Below, in pieces: positions 37,104 to 47,404 of a stretch of 64,000 bases of DNA. The notes beneath the pieces were generated by a model. That model was given only the letters and a program-made list of their open reading frames with translations. It ran no database searches and was not told the origin of the DNA. The position numbers were made by a program, and so were the translations under genes. The stretch is from a virus. Every line of letters begins with the position of its first letter. The stretch's first letter is position 1. The DNA lies in IMG/VR virus record IMGVR_UViG_3300021375_001810; one strand, given 5' to 3'.

Positions 37104-37409
37104 ATGAACTACGTAGAAAAAATTGCCGAATGGCATCATGACCGTAATTTAATTGACGGAAGTACTGATAAAGATCAGTATATGAAGTTGATACAAGAAG
37201 CAGGTGAACTAAGTGATAACATCTGCAAAGGAAAAGATATTCGTGACGATATTGGAGACATGATGGTTGTACTAATTAACATCATGACTAGAAACGGTAT
37301 TACAATGGAAGAATGTCTTTCCGTAGCCTATGACGATATTAAAGATCGTAAAGGAATGATGGTAGACGGTGTGTTTATTAAAGAAGCAGATCTAACCAAA
37401 CTTTCTTAA
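37104..37409 (+). CDS. MazG-like NTP pyrophosphohydrolase
   Basis: W..DRNL, KL.QE.GEL, DDIGD, AY..IKDRKG. Confidence 0.85.
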   Translation: MNYVEKIAEWHHDRNLIDGSTDKDQYMKLIQEAGELSDNICKGKDIRDDIGDMMVVLINIMTRNGITMEECLSVAYDDIKDRKGMMVDGVFIKEADLTKLS

Positions 37410-37479
37410 ATAATTCTTCCAAAAGAACTTGACTCTTTAATGCTTATACAGTATAATGTAAGCATTAAGGAGTTTTTTT

Positions 37480-37641
37480 ATGAAATTACCAACACAATTA
37501 ACAGGCTTAGGTACAATGGGGTTAACCGGAATTGTATTAATGTACCTGCATATTACTGGATCATTAGTAGGATGGGCTTGGCCTATTTTATACCTGTTTT
37601 TAATTATTGGCGGAATTGGCCAGGAGAATACTAAAAAATGA
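37480..37641 (+). CDS. small 2-TM membrane protein (53 aa)
   Basis: TTGACT-N17-TATAAT promoter (37429-37457), AAGGAG RBS, ATGA overlap with next gene; preferred over track ORF 37440. Confidence 0.7.
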   Translation: MKLPTQLTGLGTMGLTGIVLMYLHITGSLVGWAWPILYLFLIIGGIGQENTKK

Positions 37642-38174
37642 GCATACATGCTTCTATTGATCTTGAAACAATTGACACAAAACCAAGTGCTACAGTTTTA
37701 AGTTTAGGTGGTGTTAAGTTTGATCCTAAATCAAACGACGAACCACATTCAGAATTTTATATTAAAATTTGCATCGAAGACCAAGATAAGTTAGGTCGTA
37801 GTGCAAGTGATGATACAATAGAATGGTGGGGCAAACAAGATGAACAAATACGTAATGAAGCATTTGATCAAACCGGAGCCGTTAGCGTAGATGAGGCTTT
37901 AAAACAGATTAGTAAGTTTAGTGTTGGTGTTGATACATTTTGGGGACAAGGATACGGTTTTGACTATACCATAATGGAAGACATGTTCCGCCAAGGCGGA
38001 AGACCTATTCCGTGGAACTTCTGGCAAATACGGGATTCTAGAACACTTTTTGGGTGTTGTAAACAAGATCCACGCAAAGCAATACAAAATGATTTACATA
38101 ATGCATTAGCAGATGCATACTATCAATCAAAAGCAATTCAGGTTGCTTACAAAGAATTAGGAATTCAGCGTTGA
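37638..38174 (+). CDS. DEDDh 3'-5' exonuclease (DexA/Rv2179c-like)
   Basis: IDLET, GFD, RD.RT, HNALADA. Confidence 0.88.
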   Translation: MSIHASIDLETIDTKPSATVLSLGGVKFDPKSNDEPHSEFYIKICIEDQDKLGRSASDDTIEWWGKQDEQIRNEAFDQTGAVSVDEALKQISKFSVGVDTFWGQGYGFDYTIMEDMFRQGGRPIPWNFWQIRDSRTLFGCCKQDPRKAIQNDLHNALADAYYQSKAIQVAYKELGIQR

Positions 38175-38223
38175 CAAATTGTACAAACAATGTTAAACTA
38201 ATAGAAACAATACGGAGAAGAAC

Positions 38224-39138
38224 TTGAAAGAACTATGGGTAGAAAAGTATCGTCCTAAGACGATAGACGGTTATGTGTTTCGTGACGAGGCACAACGCAA
38301 TCAAGTAAAAACTTGGATTAAAGAAAAAACTATTCCACATTTGCTGTTTAGTGGTAATGCAGGCATTGGTAAAACTACACTTGCAAAATTACTATTCAAC
38401 GAACTTGAAATACAAGAATTAGATATTCTTGAAATAAACGCATCGCGAACAAACTCAGTAGATGATGTACGTGATAAAATTGTAAACTTTGTACAAATGA
38501 TTCCATTTGGGGAATTTAAGGTTGTATTATTAGATGAGGCTGACTACTTATCTCCAAACGCTCAAGCGGCGTTGCGTGGTGTTATGGAAGAGTATCATAC
38601 TACTGCTCGTTTCATTCTTACTTGTAACTATCCAAATCGTGTTATTCCCGCTTTGCATAGTAGGTGTCAAGGTTTCCACATTGCTAAAATTGACCAAACT
38701 GAGTTCACAGCTCGAGTCGCTGAAATACTTATCACTGAAGGTGTTACTCCTGATTTGGATACGCTAGATACATATGTAAAAGCAACATATCCAGACTTGC
38801 GTAAATGCATTAACACAGTACAAATGAATGTACAAGACAACAGTTTGCTAAAGCCCAATGAAGGCGATACAGGTGAAGCTGACTGGAAACTTGACATGGT
38901 TGAATTGTTTAAGGCAGGTAAAATTCAAGAGGCACGTAAGTTGTTATGTGGTGCTGTACGTCCTGAAGAGATGGAAGAAATTTATCGCTGGTTGTATGAC
39001 AACATTGAACTGTTTGGCGACAATCCGCAACAGGATAGAGCTGTACTTGTAATTAAACAAGGACTAGTAGATCATACACTAGTTGCAGATCCAGAGATTA
39101 ATTTAGCGGCAACACTTATTAGATTGGCTTCTCTTTAA
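38224..39138 (+). CDS. clamp loader AAA+ subunit (gp44/RFC-small-like)
   Basis: WVEKYRP, G.AGIGKTT, INAS, LDEAD, SRC; TTG start. Confidence 0.95.
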   Translation: MKELWVEKYRPKTIDGYVFRDEAQRNQVKTWIKEKTIPHLLFSGNAGIGKTTLAKLLFNELEIQELDILEINASRTNSVDDVRDKIVNFVQMIPFGEFKVVLLDEADYLSPNAQAALRGVMEEYHTTARFILTCNYPNRVIPALHSRCQGFHIAKIDQTEFTARVAEILITEGVTPDLDTLDTYVKATYPDLRKCINTVQMNVQDNSLLKPNEGDTGEADWKLDMVELFKAGKIQEARKLLCGAVRPEEMEEIYRWLYDNIELFGDNPQQDRAVLVIKQGLVDHTLVADPEINLAATLIRLASL

Positions 39139-39710
39139 TGCAGATCCTTGATAATATATTTCCTACAAGGCTAGTAGATGAAATTGAAAAGGCAATGTTG
39201 CATGTAGATACTCCATGGCAATATTCTGATCATACATACGGTAGAGGAAAACAACTTAGAAAAGGCGAAGTTGAAGAACATCAACTAGTACATGCCGCAT
39301 TTTATGAAGGTGACGGAACATATCTTTGGCCGTTGCTAAATGTTCCTTTGTACTTTATTGAAAAAGAACTTAGTCGAAAAATTATTAGTATACAGCGATG
39401 TAAAGTAAATACATTAATGTATACTCCACTATACGAAGATGGGTTGAATCATCCTGTACATGCAGATAGACACGAGCCAGGTTGGCATTCTATTATATAT
39501 TATGTTACAGACGGTGACAATCCTACAGTGTTTACAGATGTAAAATATCCTAATCTAGAACACGAAGAATCATCGTATAATATTGTTAACAAAGTAGAAC
39601 CACGTAAAGGTCGAGTTGTTATATTTCCAAGTGAACTATATCATGCAAGTACACCGACACAACTAAAGAAACGTGTGGCTGCTAATTATGTTGTAAAATT
39701 TGAAAAATAA
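39138..39710 (+). CDS. 2OG-Fe(II) oxygenase
   Basis: H.D...S.IYY, P.KGR.V.F.S..YHA, R. Confidence 0.8.
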   Translation: MQILDNIFPTRLVDEIEKAMLHVDTPWQYSDHTYGRGKQLRKGEVEEHQLVHAAFYEGDGTYLWPLLNVPLYFIEKELSRKIISIQRCKVNTLMYTPLYEDGLNHPVHADRHEPGWHSIIYYVTDGDNPTVFTDVKYPNLEHEESSYNIVNKVEPRKGRVVIFPSELYHASTPTQLKKRVAANYVVKFEK

Positions 39711-40060
39711 TGAGTTACTTAGTTACAGAAGATTGTATTAATTGTAAGCATATGACATGCGTAGAAGTATGTCCTGTGGATTGTTTTTACGAAGGTAAGA
39801 ACATGTTAGTAATTGACCCAAACGAGTGTATCGACTGTGGTGTTTGTGTACCAGAATGTCCAGTAGATGCAATCATTGGTGATCAAGAACCCGGATGGGA
39901 TCCAAATAGAATAAAGGCATTAGAAATACATAATGAAAAATATGCACAAAGATGGCCAAATATTACTGAGGCTAGAACGCCTCCAGAAGATGCAGAAGAC
40001 TGGGCTGGTGTAGAAAATAAAATGGATCTGTTTTCGGAGGAACCAGGACTTGGAGACTAA
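39710..40060 (+). CDS. fdxA: 7Fe ferredoxin
   Basis: [15 protein letters not shown] and CIDCGVC.PECP. Confidence 0.93.
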   Translation: MSYLVTEDCINCKHMTCVEVCPVDCFYEGKNMLVIDPNECIDCGVCVPECPVDAIIGDQEPGWDPNRIKALEIHNEKYAQRWPNITEARTPPEDAEDWAGVENKMDLFSEEPGLGD

Positions 40061-40283
40061 ATTAATTTCACCGTGTATTTCCGAGTGCGACAATAACGGA
40101 GAGTTTTGTCCTGCTTGTGGAAGAACAATGGAAGAAAAGTTTGAATGGAAAGGCGGAGCAGATATAGCTCGACAAAAACAAATTTTGGAAAACTGTGCAA
40201 ACCGTTTACCAAGACAAGACTTTGAGTATTGGGAGGAGATGTACGAGCTCAAAGTTGCTGAAAAAACAAGAGAGAATAATTAA
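40050..40283 (+). CDS. DUF1289-like Cys-rich protein
   Basis: SPCI..C....C..CGRT..E...W. Confidence 0.75.
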   Translation: METKLISPCISECDNNGEFCPACGRTMEEKFEWKGGADIARQKQILENCANRLPRQDFEYWEEMYELKVAEKTRENN

Positions 40284-40475
40284 AATGGCTACCCGAAACG
40301 ATATTACTGGAGACAGTATACAATCAAAAAGTAACTCTAAAAAGTTTAGAGATAATTATGATGCAATCTTTAACAAAAAAGATTACAAACATAAACAACA
40401 AGACCTAACTGAATTAAACAGTGACGGTAACAGAGAACGTGGACGCTACGGCGAAGATTTAAAAAAGGAAAAGTA

Positions 40476-41162
40476 ATGACAGAAGTAAAACTAATATCAT
40501 ACAGCATGGTATCAAAAGAAATGTTTGATGCAGATAGTAGCCTACGTGACTTACAAGGTCTTGTTGCGTATTGTGCTAGAGTCAGTAATCCTGCAAACCA
40601 AATGAACAGTGAAACTAGTGAAAAACTTATCAAGTATTTGATTAAACATGCCCACTGGTCACCACTAGAAATGGTCAATGCTTGTTTGCAAATTGATACC
40701 ACACGTGACATTGCACATCAAGTTGTACGTCATCGTAGTTTTGCATTTCAAGAGTTTAGTCAACGTTATGCTAATCCAGAAGAAATGGGCGAACAATTTG
40801 TAATACGTGAAGCACGTTTACAAGACACTAAAAATAGGCAAAACAGTATTGCACTTGATTTAGAAGATCCTGCACAGGCTGCTATTGCCGATAGATGGGT
40901 ACAAGAACAGCAAGATGTAATATGGAGAGCTCAACAAGCATATAATTGGGCTATTGAAGCAGGTATTGCAAAAGAACAAGCCCGAAGTGTATTACCAGAA
41001 GGAAATACAAAAACAAGACTTTATATGAATGGTACACTTAGAAGCTGGATACATTATATCGATCTAAGAGGCGCTAATGGAACTCAACAAGAGCATATGG
41101 ATATTGCACATGCTTGCGCCAAAGTCATCGCAGACATCTTTCCTTTAATGAAAGAAATTTAA
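40476..41162 (+). CDS. thyX: flavin-dependent thymidylate synthase
   Basis: HWSPLE, RHRx7S (RHRSFAFQEFSQRY), KEQAR.VLP. Confidence 0.95.
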   Translation: MTEVKLISYSMVSKEMFDADSSLRDLQGLVAYCARVSNPANQMNSETSEKLIKYLIKHAHWSPLEMVNACLQIDTTRDIAHQVVRHRSFAFQEFSQRYANPEEMGEQFVIREARLQDTKNRQNSIALDLEDPAQAAIADRWVQEQQDVIWRAQQAYNWAIEAGIAKEQARSVLPEGNTKTRLYMNGTLRSWIHYIDLRGANGTQQEHMDIAHACAKVIADIFPLMKEI

Positions 41163-41169
41163 TTAAAAA

Positions 41170-41198
41170 TGCCCTGCACTTAAAAAAGTTACAGGGCA
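41170..41198. terminator. hairpin between convergent thyX and phoH
   Basis: TGCCCTG / CAGGGCA stem with A/T flanks. Confidence 0.65.
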
Positions 41199-41222
41199 CA
41201 AATTAAGGATGTCTATTCTATA

Positions 41223-41948
41223 TTATTCATCTCCATATAGTTGTAATATTTCTTTGACTGCATTATGTCTTTCAATATCTCCTTGTTCAAAGCGGACTAT
41301 GTCCAAATGATTCGCCTTAGAGGCTTCTAGTAGTTTCACAAAGTCTAGTAAGCCGTTATCTAGTAGTCTATCAGCCTGAGCTAAGTCGCCTGTGACTGCC
41401 ATTCTAGATCCTTCTCCTAAACGTGTAAGTAACATTTTCATCTGATTTGGCGTAGCATTTTGCATTTCATCTGCCAGTATATAAGAATTTTTAAATGTTC
41501 GCCCACGCATAAATGCTAACGGAGCAATCTCAATTATGCCTTCTTCGATCATGCCTTCAATTTCTTTTGCATTAAAGTATTCTCTAAGAACATCAAATAT
41601 TGGTCTTGTCCAAGGAGCCATTTTTTGTTCTAATGTGCCTGGTAGAAAACCTAAATCTTCGTCGACCGATACCGCTGGTCTTGTTACGATAATTTTATCA
41701 ATAGCACCTTCTTTAAAAAGTTTTACCGCTACTTGCACAGCCAAAATGGTTTTGCCTGTTCCTGCTGGACCAATACCGAAGACTATGTCTTTCTTTTGAT
41801 CTAACAGTCTTAACACGTAGGATTCTTGGTTTAAATTTCTTGGAAGTATGTTTACTGAAGTTTTCTTTTGATAAATGTTTATGTCTACTACATTGTTACT
41901 GTAGTTGTTTACGCTTTGTCTCTGACGAGACTTCTTTTTTGCACCCAT
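41223..41948 (-). CDS. phoH: PhoH-family ATPase
   Basis: GPAGTGKT, TRP, LGFLPG, MRGRTF, DEMQN, TRLG, GD..Q. Confidence 0.95.
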   Translation of the reverse strand: MGAKKKSRQRQSVNNYSNNVVDINIYQKKTSVNILPRNLNQESYVLRLLDQKKDIVFGIGPAGTGKTILAVQVAVKLFKEGAIDKIIVTRPAVSVDEDLGFLPGTLEQKMAPWTRPIFDVLREYFNAKEIEGMIEEGIIEIAPLAFMRGRTFKNSYILADEMQNATPNQMKMLLTRLGEGSRMAVTGDLAQADRLLDNGLLDFVKLLEASKANHLDIVRFEQGDIERHNAVKEILQLYGDE

Positions 41949-42094
41949 TAAGTCCTCCCTATGGATTTATTAAGTAAGGCCTGTGTCGGGACACCGCCCT
42001 ACAAAAATATTTAGCAATCTAACGCAAGGTAAAAATACATTGTTAACTGCTTAAAACCGATAAATAAGTATACAAAGATATCAAGGATACCATC

Positions 42095-42616
42095 ATGCAA
42101 GACATAATGAACATTGTAAAGAACATTGACAACATCTACAACAGCAATACATCGTTTAATATTTTAAAGGATTTTGAACGTGTTTTAGATGAATTAGATC
42201 TATATGTGTATAAAAACTGGAAGGATGGCGAATTATGTGCTGGTCCTATTATAGATCGTCATTGGGTTACATGCTCATTTATGTGGGATAAAGATAACAT
42301 GCCAGATCCAATGGGCGGCAAACGTTTACTTGATTATGATTGCAAAGTATCCTACGGTAAAGACTATCTTATTCAACCACGTAAAATTAAAGTACCAGAC
42401 GATATTCGTCCTGGCACTAAGAAGGGTAAATTAGATAGAAAAGATATTTGGGTAGTAGAAATACAGATGCCTAAGAAACTTATAATAGATATTTACGGTG
42501 GTAAGTTTGCTACAGAAGAATATCAAGAAGAACCTGCTGTAGCACCAGATGTTGCACCAGCGCCGCAAGCGGCTGACGAAGCTGTACCTACGGCTCCAGA
42601 AGGAGAAACAGTATAA
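42095..42616 (+). CDS. conserved hypothetical late protein
   Basis: GATAAATA upstream; MPDP.GG.RL motif. Confidence 0.7.
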   Translation: MQDIMNIVKNIDNIYNSNTSFNILKDFERVLDELDLYVYKNWKDGELCAGPIIDRHWVTCSFMWDKDNMPDPMGGKRLLDYDCKVSYGKDYLIQPRKIKVPDDIRPGTKKGKLDRKDIWVVEIQMPKKLIIDIYGGKFATEEYQEEPAVAPDVAPAPQAADEAVPTAPEGETV

Positions 42617-43332
42617 TGGGATTACAAGCAGGAGATTTAAAAAACATGATGTATGATATCTTCGAAGTTGATTCGTATGCGTCTAAAATGGGCGATGATA
42701 AAAATATTGTTACACTAAGTTTTAGTGTAATGGAAAAGGCAGCGGCAGATGACTTAATGAACTTTTTAGAAAAAGGTTATTCATTTGTGTTAGATGCAGA
42801 TGCAACACCAGGTGAGCAAAGTGACGGAACTTATAAAGTGTTTGTTGAAATGGAAAGAGACAGGGATGTCCACAATAACATTTTAGAAATCGTTGACGGC
42901 GTAAAAGAACTTTCAAACATAGATGATTTTAAATTCCGTTACTATAAAGGATTTAAATCAAAGTCAGTAACAGAAGAAGAATTAACAGCAACTATACCTA
43001 ATGATCCAGCAAACTATGGACTTAGAGTAGATGAAACAAATTTAGACAATTATAAAAACTTCTTTAGTAATAGTTTTGTTGAAAGTGTCAATTTATTAGA
43101 AAACAAATTAACAATTAAAAAAGCATTTGCAGACCCGATTAAATTTGAACTTATTGACTTTGGCGAAAGAACTGAAGTGTATTCAAATATTAAAGAAACA
43201 TTAGACATTATGGAATCGTATCCTGAAGTACTCTATTTGACAAAGTACTTAGGTGACTATAATATAAGTAAGTATGGAGACAAACTTATCTTTGAAAATA
43301 AAGATAAGGCTCTCGTTTTAAAAAGGATCTAA
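42616..43332 (+). CDS. conserved hypothetical protein
   Basis: coupled ORF; SKMG.D, F.EKGY. Confidence 0.7.
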   Translation: MGLQAGDLKNMMYDIFEVDSYASKMGDDKNIVTLSFSVMEKAAADDLMNFLEKGYSFVLDADATPGEQSDGTYKVFVEMERDRDVHNNILEIVDGVKELSNIDDFKFRYYKGFKSKSVTEEELTATIPNDPANYGLRVDETNLDNYKNFFSNSFVESVNLLENKLTIKKAFADPIKFELIDFGERTEVYSNIKETLDIMESYPEVLYLTKYLGDYNISKYGDKLIFENKDKALVLKRI

Positions 43333-43334
43333 AA

Positions 43335-44222
43335 ATGAGTTTTGAATTACAAAAAGAACAGTTAGCACAACTAATACCAGGTAACAACGATGTCGATTCG
43401 TGGCACGAAGCACTGGTTGCTATTATGCCCAAGTATGGTATTAATACTGTAAGACGTGCGGCACACTTTATAAGTCAGTGTGCTCATGAAAGTAACAACT
43501 TTCGTTCATTGCAAGAAAACTTAAACTATAGTGAAAAATCACTTAATGCTGTATTTGGCAGGTACTTTGGTACTGGCGTTCATCCAGCAGGACACACAAG
43601 ACGTAATGCAGCTGAGTATGCTCGCAACCCAGAAAAAATTGCAAACTATGTATACATGGATGAATTCCGTAAGTACAAAATGGGTAACGTCAATGAAGGC
43701 GACGGTTGGTTATTTAGAGGCCGTGGCTTAAAACAATTAACAGGACGCGAAAACTATACACGTTTTGGTAAAACTGTAGATATGACAGCAGAAGAAGCTG
43801 CTGAATACGTTGCAACACCTAAAGGTGCTGTTGAGTCAGCATGTTGGTTTTGGGACGCAAATAATTTAAACTCAATTGCAGACACTGATGATGTTGTAAA
43901 AATGACTAAAAAGATTAACGGTGGTAACATTGGTCTTGAGTCACGTCAGAAGCGTTATACAAAAGCAATGGAAGTATTTGGTAACCCTGTATCATTAGCA
44001 GACGATCATGGAGATGATGATTTTGATGTAGATGATATCGGCGTACTACGTAAAGGTTGCAAAGGCGAAGGTGTTAAATTAATGCAGGAAGCATTAGGCA
44101 TTGGAGCAGATGGAATCTTTGGCCCAGGAACAGAACGGGCATTAAAAGAGTGGCAGTCTAGCAAAGGCTTAGTAGTAGACGGCATTGCAGGCCCTGCAAC
44201 ACTCGGCGAACTTTTGGGGTAA
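43335..44222 (+). CDS. endolysin: GH19 catalytic domain plus C-terminal peptidoglycan-binding domain
   Basis: F..Q.AHES, ENLNYS, RGRG..QLTGR.NY, INGG..G; DGIFGPGT and DGIAGPAT. Confidence 0.92.
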   Translation: MSFELQKEQLAQLIPGNNDVDSWHEALVAIMPKYGINTVRRAAHFISQCAHESNNFRSLQENLNYSEKSLNAVFGRYFGTGVHPAGHTRRNAAEYARNPEKIANYVYMDEFRKYKMGNVNEGDGWLFRGRGLKQLTGRENYTRFGKTVDMTAEEAAEYVATPKGAVESACWFWDANNLNSIADTDDVVKMTKKINGGNIGLESRQKRYTKAMEVFGNPVSLADDHGDDDFDVDDIGVLRKGCKGEGVKLMQEALGIGADGIFGPGTERALKEWQSSKGLVVDGIAGPATLGELLG

Positions 44223-44227
44223 TAATT

Positions 44228-44455
44228 ATGTGGAAAGAACAAGTTATGCAAGTACTGGAAGGTCATTTCGGTACTAAAAAAGAGATCACTGAAACAAGTC
44301 ATTTTTTAGATGACCTAGACGGTGACGAGATTGATATAGTTGATGTAACAGTTCAAATATGTGAAAAGTTAGATATCAATATACCTGAAGAAGAAACATT
44401 TGATATAGGAACTGTACAAGAATTACTTGATGTAGTGGAGAAACACGTTGTTTAG
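44228..44455 (+). CDS. acyl-carrier-protein-like protein lacking the conserved Ser
   Basis: acidic 75 aa, F.DDL.GD[E]ID.V....E...I.IP.E....TV.E pattern of ACP. Confidence 0.75.
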   Translation: MWKEQVMQVLEGHFGTKKEITETSHFLDDLDGDEIDIVDVTVQICEKLDINIPEEETFDIGTVQELLDVVEKHVV

Positions 44456-44933
44456 CTCTATTCGTATAGCACTTGTATTAGTGCTACTTGCATCTGCCGG
44501 TGGCGGCTATTTGTATGTTAAAAAATTACAAGGCGACCTTGATACAGCAAAAGCTAATATTATAAAACTTGAAGATGGTATCAACGAACAAAAGGCTGTA
44601 ATTGCACAACAAGAAGCAGACTTCGAAGCCATTATTAAGGTCAGAAATGATCTTGAAGATGTAAATAGAATGCTGGAGACTGCTAATAAAAACTTAAATG
44701 AAAAGTTTAATAAGTTAAATGCATCCGGTGAAAGACGTGACATTGGTGCGTTATCAACATCAAGACCAAAGTCGATAGAAAGAATTTTAAATAAAGACGA
44801 AGTTAACGAAAGACGTTGTTTTGAAATCATACAAGGTTCGGAGTTAACTGAAGAGGAACTAAATGCTACAAAAAAGTCAAAGATCAATACTGTATGTCCT
44901 GAGCTTGCTAATCCTAACTACATTCCTTACTAG
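44448..44933 (+). CDS. i-spanin (Rz-like)
   Basis: N-terminal TM, long coiled coil, C-terminal Cys, downstream of endolysin. Confidence 0.7.
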   Translation: MFSSIRIALVLVLLASAGGGYLYVKKLQGDLDTAKANIIKLEDGINEQKAVIAQQEADFEAIIKVRNDLEDVNRMLETANKNLNEKFNKLNASGERRDIGALSTSRPKSIERILNKDEVNERRCFEIIQGSELTEEELNATKKSKINTVCPELANPNYIPY

Positions 44934-45258
44934 TTGTAGTACGATTCAGCCATTAGAAGTTTTTAAGACAGAAGTAGAACGACGTCCTCTTAATTTGCCT
45001 TTACCTGCACCAGCAGAACTTGAACAAGTCCGTTGGATAATAATTAATCGAGAAAATGCTGAAGAAGTATTTGCAGATTTAGAAAAGAAAAATATTGATC
45101 CTGTTATAATAGGATTAACAGATGAAGATTACGAGAACTTCAGAAAAAATTATGCACAGATCCGTGCATATATGATAAAACAAAACTCAATCATTGACGC
45201 TTACAAAGAGTACTATGAAGGTGAGCAAGATGACCAAAAGGTTGACAACAACCAATAG
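44863..45258 (+). CDS. o-spanin lipoprotein (Rz1-like)
   Basis: lipobox LTSC, Pro-rich, overlaps i-spanin in another frame. Confidence 0.7.
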   Translation: MLQKSQRSILYVLSLLILTTFLTSCSTIQPLEVFKTEVERRPLNLPLPAPAELEQVRWIIINRENAEEVFADLEKKNIDPVIIGLTDEDYENFRKNYAQIRAYMIKQNSIIDAYKEYYEGEQDDQKVDNNQ

Positions 45259-45270
45259 TTTTGTTATAAT
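45242..45270 (+). promoter_or_regulatory. sigma70 promoter for iscS-iscU
   Basis: TTGACA-N17-TATAAT with extended -10 TG. Confidence 0.85.
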
Positions 45271-45290
45271 ACATTTTTAACTAAAAATTT

Positions 45291-46508
45291 ATGAAAAGGA
45301 TATACCTAGACTACGCATCGACCACTCCATGCGATCCGAAAGTTGCTAACTTAATGGCAAAATACCTCACCTTTGAAGGAGAGTTTGGTAACCCTGCAAG
45401 TAGAAGTCATAGTTTTGGTTGGGAGGCTGATCAAGCAATTGACACAGCAAGACAACAAGTAGCAGACCTTATTGGTGCTGATCCAAGAGAAATTGTATTC
45501 ACAAGTGGTGCTACTGAAGCAGATAACCTTGCTATCAAAGGCACAGCACAATTCTACGAAACAAATGGCAAGCACATTATCACAAGTAAAATCGAACACA
45601 AGGCAGTACTTGATCCTTGCAGAGAACTTGAACGCGACGGATTTGAAGTTACATATCTTGATCCAAATGATGACGGTATAATTACAGCAGATATGGTTGC
45701 TAATGCAATCAGAGAAGATACTATACTTGTAAGTATTATGTTTATTAATAATGAACTTGGTACTCTTAACGATATAGAAGGCATTGGTAAACTATGCTTC
45801 GATAAGAAAATTACATTTCATGTAGATGCAGCTCAGGCTACAGGCAAGGTTGAAATTAACTTAGCAGAACTTCCTGTAAATTTAATGAGTTTGTCCGCAC
45901 ACAAAACATATGGTCCAAAGGGTGTAGGAGCATTGTATATCAGACGTAAACCACGTGCAAGAATAAGAGCACAAATGCACGGTGGTGGTCACGAAAGAGG
46001 CAATAGAAGTGGAACATTACCTACACATCAAATAGTAGGAATGGGCGAAGCATACAGGATTGCTAAAGAAAGATTTGAACAAGACAAGGCTCATGTAAAT
46101 ATGTTGCATGATCGCTTGTTAGAAAGAGTCAACGAAGTTGACGAAGTGTATTTAAACGGAAGTCTTAATCACAAAGTTAAAAACATTCTAAATGTTAGTT
46201 TTAATTTTATTGAAGGCGAAAGTTTGATTATGGCTTTAGAAAATGTTGCTGTTAGTAGCGGTAGTGCATGTACAAGTGCAACACTTGAACCAAGTTATGT
46301 ATTACGTGCTTTGGGCAGAGCAGACGAACTAGCACACAGCAGTATACGATTTAGTTTTGGAAGACAAACTACAATCGAAGATATTGACCAAACAGCAGAT
46401 ACATTATTAGACGTAGTTGAAAAATTAAGACAACTATCACCATTATGGGACATGTACCAAGACGGCGTTGACATGGAAGCGTTCAACTGGGACGAGTACA
46501 TGCATTAA
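45291..46508 (+). CDS. iscS: cysteine desulfurase IscS
   Basis: [21 protein letters not shown] (PLP Lys), SSGSACTS (catalytic Cys), SPLW C-terminus. Confidence 0.97.
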   Translation: MKRIYLDYASTTPCDPKVANLMAKYLTFEGEFGNPASRSHSFGWEADQAIDTARQQVADLIGADPREIVFTSGATEADNLAIKGTAQFYETNGKHIITSKIEHKAVLDPCRELERDGFEVTYLDPNDDGIITADMVANAIREDTILVSIMFINNELGTLNDIEGIGKLCFDKKITFHVDAAQATGKVEINLAELPVNLMSLSAHKTYGPKGVGALYIRRKPRARIRAQMHGGGHERGNRSGTLPTHQIVGMGEAYRIAKERFEQDKAHVNMLHDRLLERVNEVDEVYLNGSLNHKVKNILNVSFNFIEGESLIMALENVAVSSGSACTSATLEPSYVLRALGRADELAHSSIRFSFGRQTTIEDIDQTADTLLDVVEKLRQLSPLWDMYQDGVDMEAFNWDEYMH

Positions 46509-46518
46509 GGAAATTATT

Positions 46519-46944
46519 ATGGCATATTCAGAAGAAGTAACAAAAAGGTTTAAAGGTGTATTATCAGATCCTGAAGGATTTAATGTAGGAAAGTTTGATC
46601 CAAAAGATCCTAAAGTAGCAACAGGAATGTCTGGAGCACCGGCTTGTGGTGACGTAATGCGTCTACAACTTAAATTAGACGAAGATGATAAAATTGAAGA
46701 TGTAGTTTTTAAAACATATGGTTGTGGAAGTGCTATAGCAAGTTCAACAATGTTTGTTGAAATGCTTAAAGGTAAAACAGTAGACGAAGCAAGACAAATT
46801 AAAGATAAAGATATTGCAGAAGCATTAGATTTGCCGCCGATCAAAATACATTGTTCTGTACTAGCAGAAGATTCAATCAAAAAAGCAATTGACGATTGGG
46901 ATAAAAAGAGAGAAATAAGACAACACAACGGAGGACCTAAATAA
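46519..46944 (+). CDS. iscU: Fe-S scaffold IscU
   Basis: MAYS, GAPACGDVM, FKTYGCGSAIAS, LPPIKIHCS; ATG 46519 with AAGGA RBS. Confidence 0.96.
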   Translation: MAYSEEVTKRFKGVLSDPEGFNVGKFDPKDPKVATGMSGAPACGDVMRLQLKLDEDDKIEDVVFKTYGCGSAIASSTMFVEMLKGKTVDEARQIKDKDIAEALDLPPIKIHCSVLAEDSIKKAIDDWDKKREIRQHNGGPK

Positions 46945-47126
46945 TGCCAGAAAAATTTAAACCATCACAAGTTATTAGAGACAAGGCCTCTGGTAAAAAG
47001 AAAACACAACACTTCTATATAAAGTCTACACCAAAGCAAGAACTTTTAGACTATTTAGATAATCATAATGCAAAGCCCAAAATAAAAACTAAAGTTAAAA
47101 AAGAACTTATTCGAAGAGGGGTATAA
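46944..47126 (+). CDS. small basic hypothetical protein
   Basis: TAATG-coupled. Confidence 0.6.
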   Translation: MPEKFKPSQVIRDKASGKKKTQHFYIKSTPKQELLDYLDNHNAKPKIKTKVKKELIRRGV

Positions 47127-47404
47127 TGAACTGGTGGGATCGATTCTTAGAGTGGAGTTGGCAAAGAGAAGCCGACAGGCAATTTGCTCAGGCCCAAACA
47201 ACTATAGATGATATAGGTCACATTACTAAGCCTGCAAAAAAAGTAATTGATGTCATGGAAGATGATATCGATCCAAATGAAGTTACAATAGAGAACGCAT
47301 ACAAAACAAGATGGATATGGTATCATACAATACTAGCAATAGGTATTTTTATGACAAACATATTATTAATAGCCATTTTAACAGCATTAATTATTAAGTT
47401 ATGA
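47126..47404 (+). CDS. small membrane protein
   Basis: C-terminal TM; coupled. Confidence 0.6.
   Translation: MNWWDRFLEWSWQREADRQFAQAQTTIDDIGHITKPAKKVIDVMEDDIDPNEVTIENAYKTRWIWYHTILAIGIFMTNILLIAILTALIIKL

Noticed and set aside
37437-37649. Track ORFs 37440..37634 (+) and 37437..37649 (-)
   Set aside because: The frame 37480..37641 has a promoter, an AAGGAG RBS and ATGA coupling, so it is the better gene.
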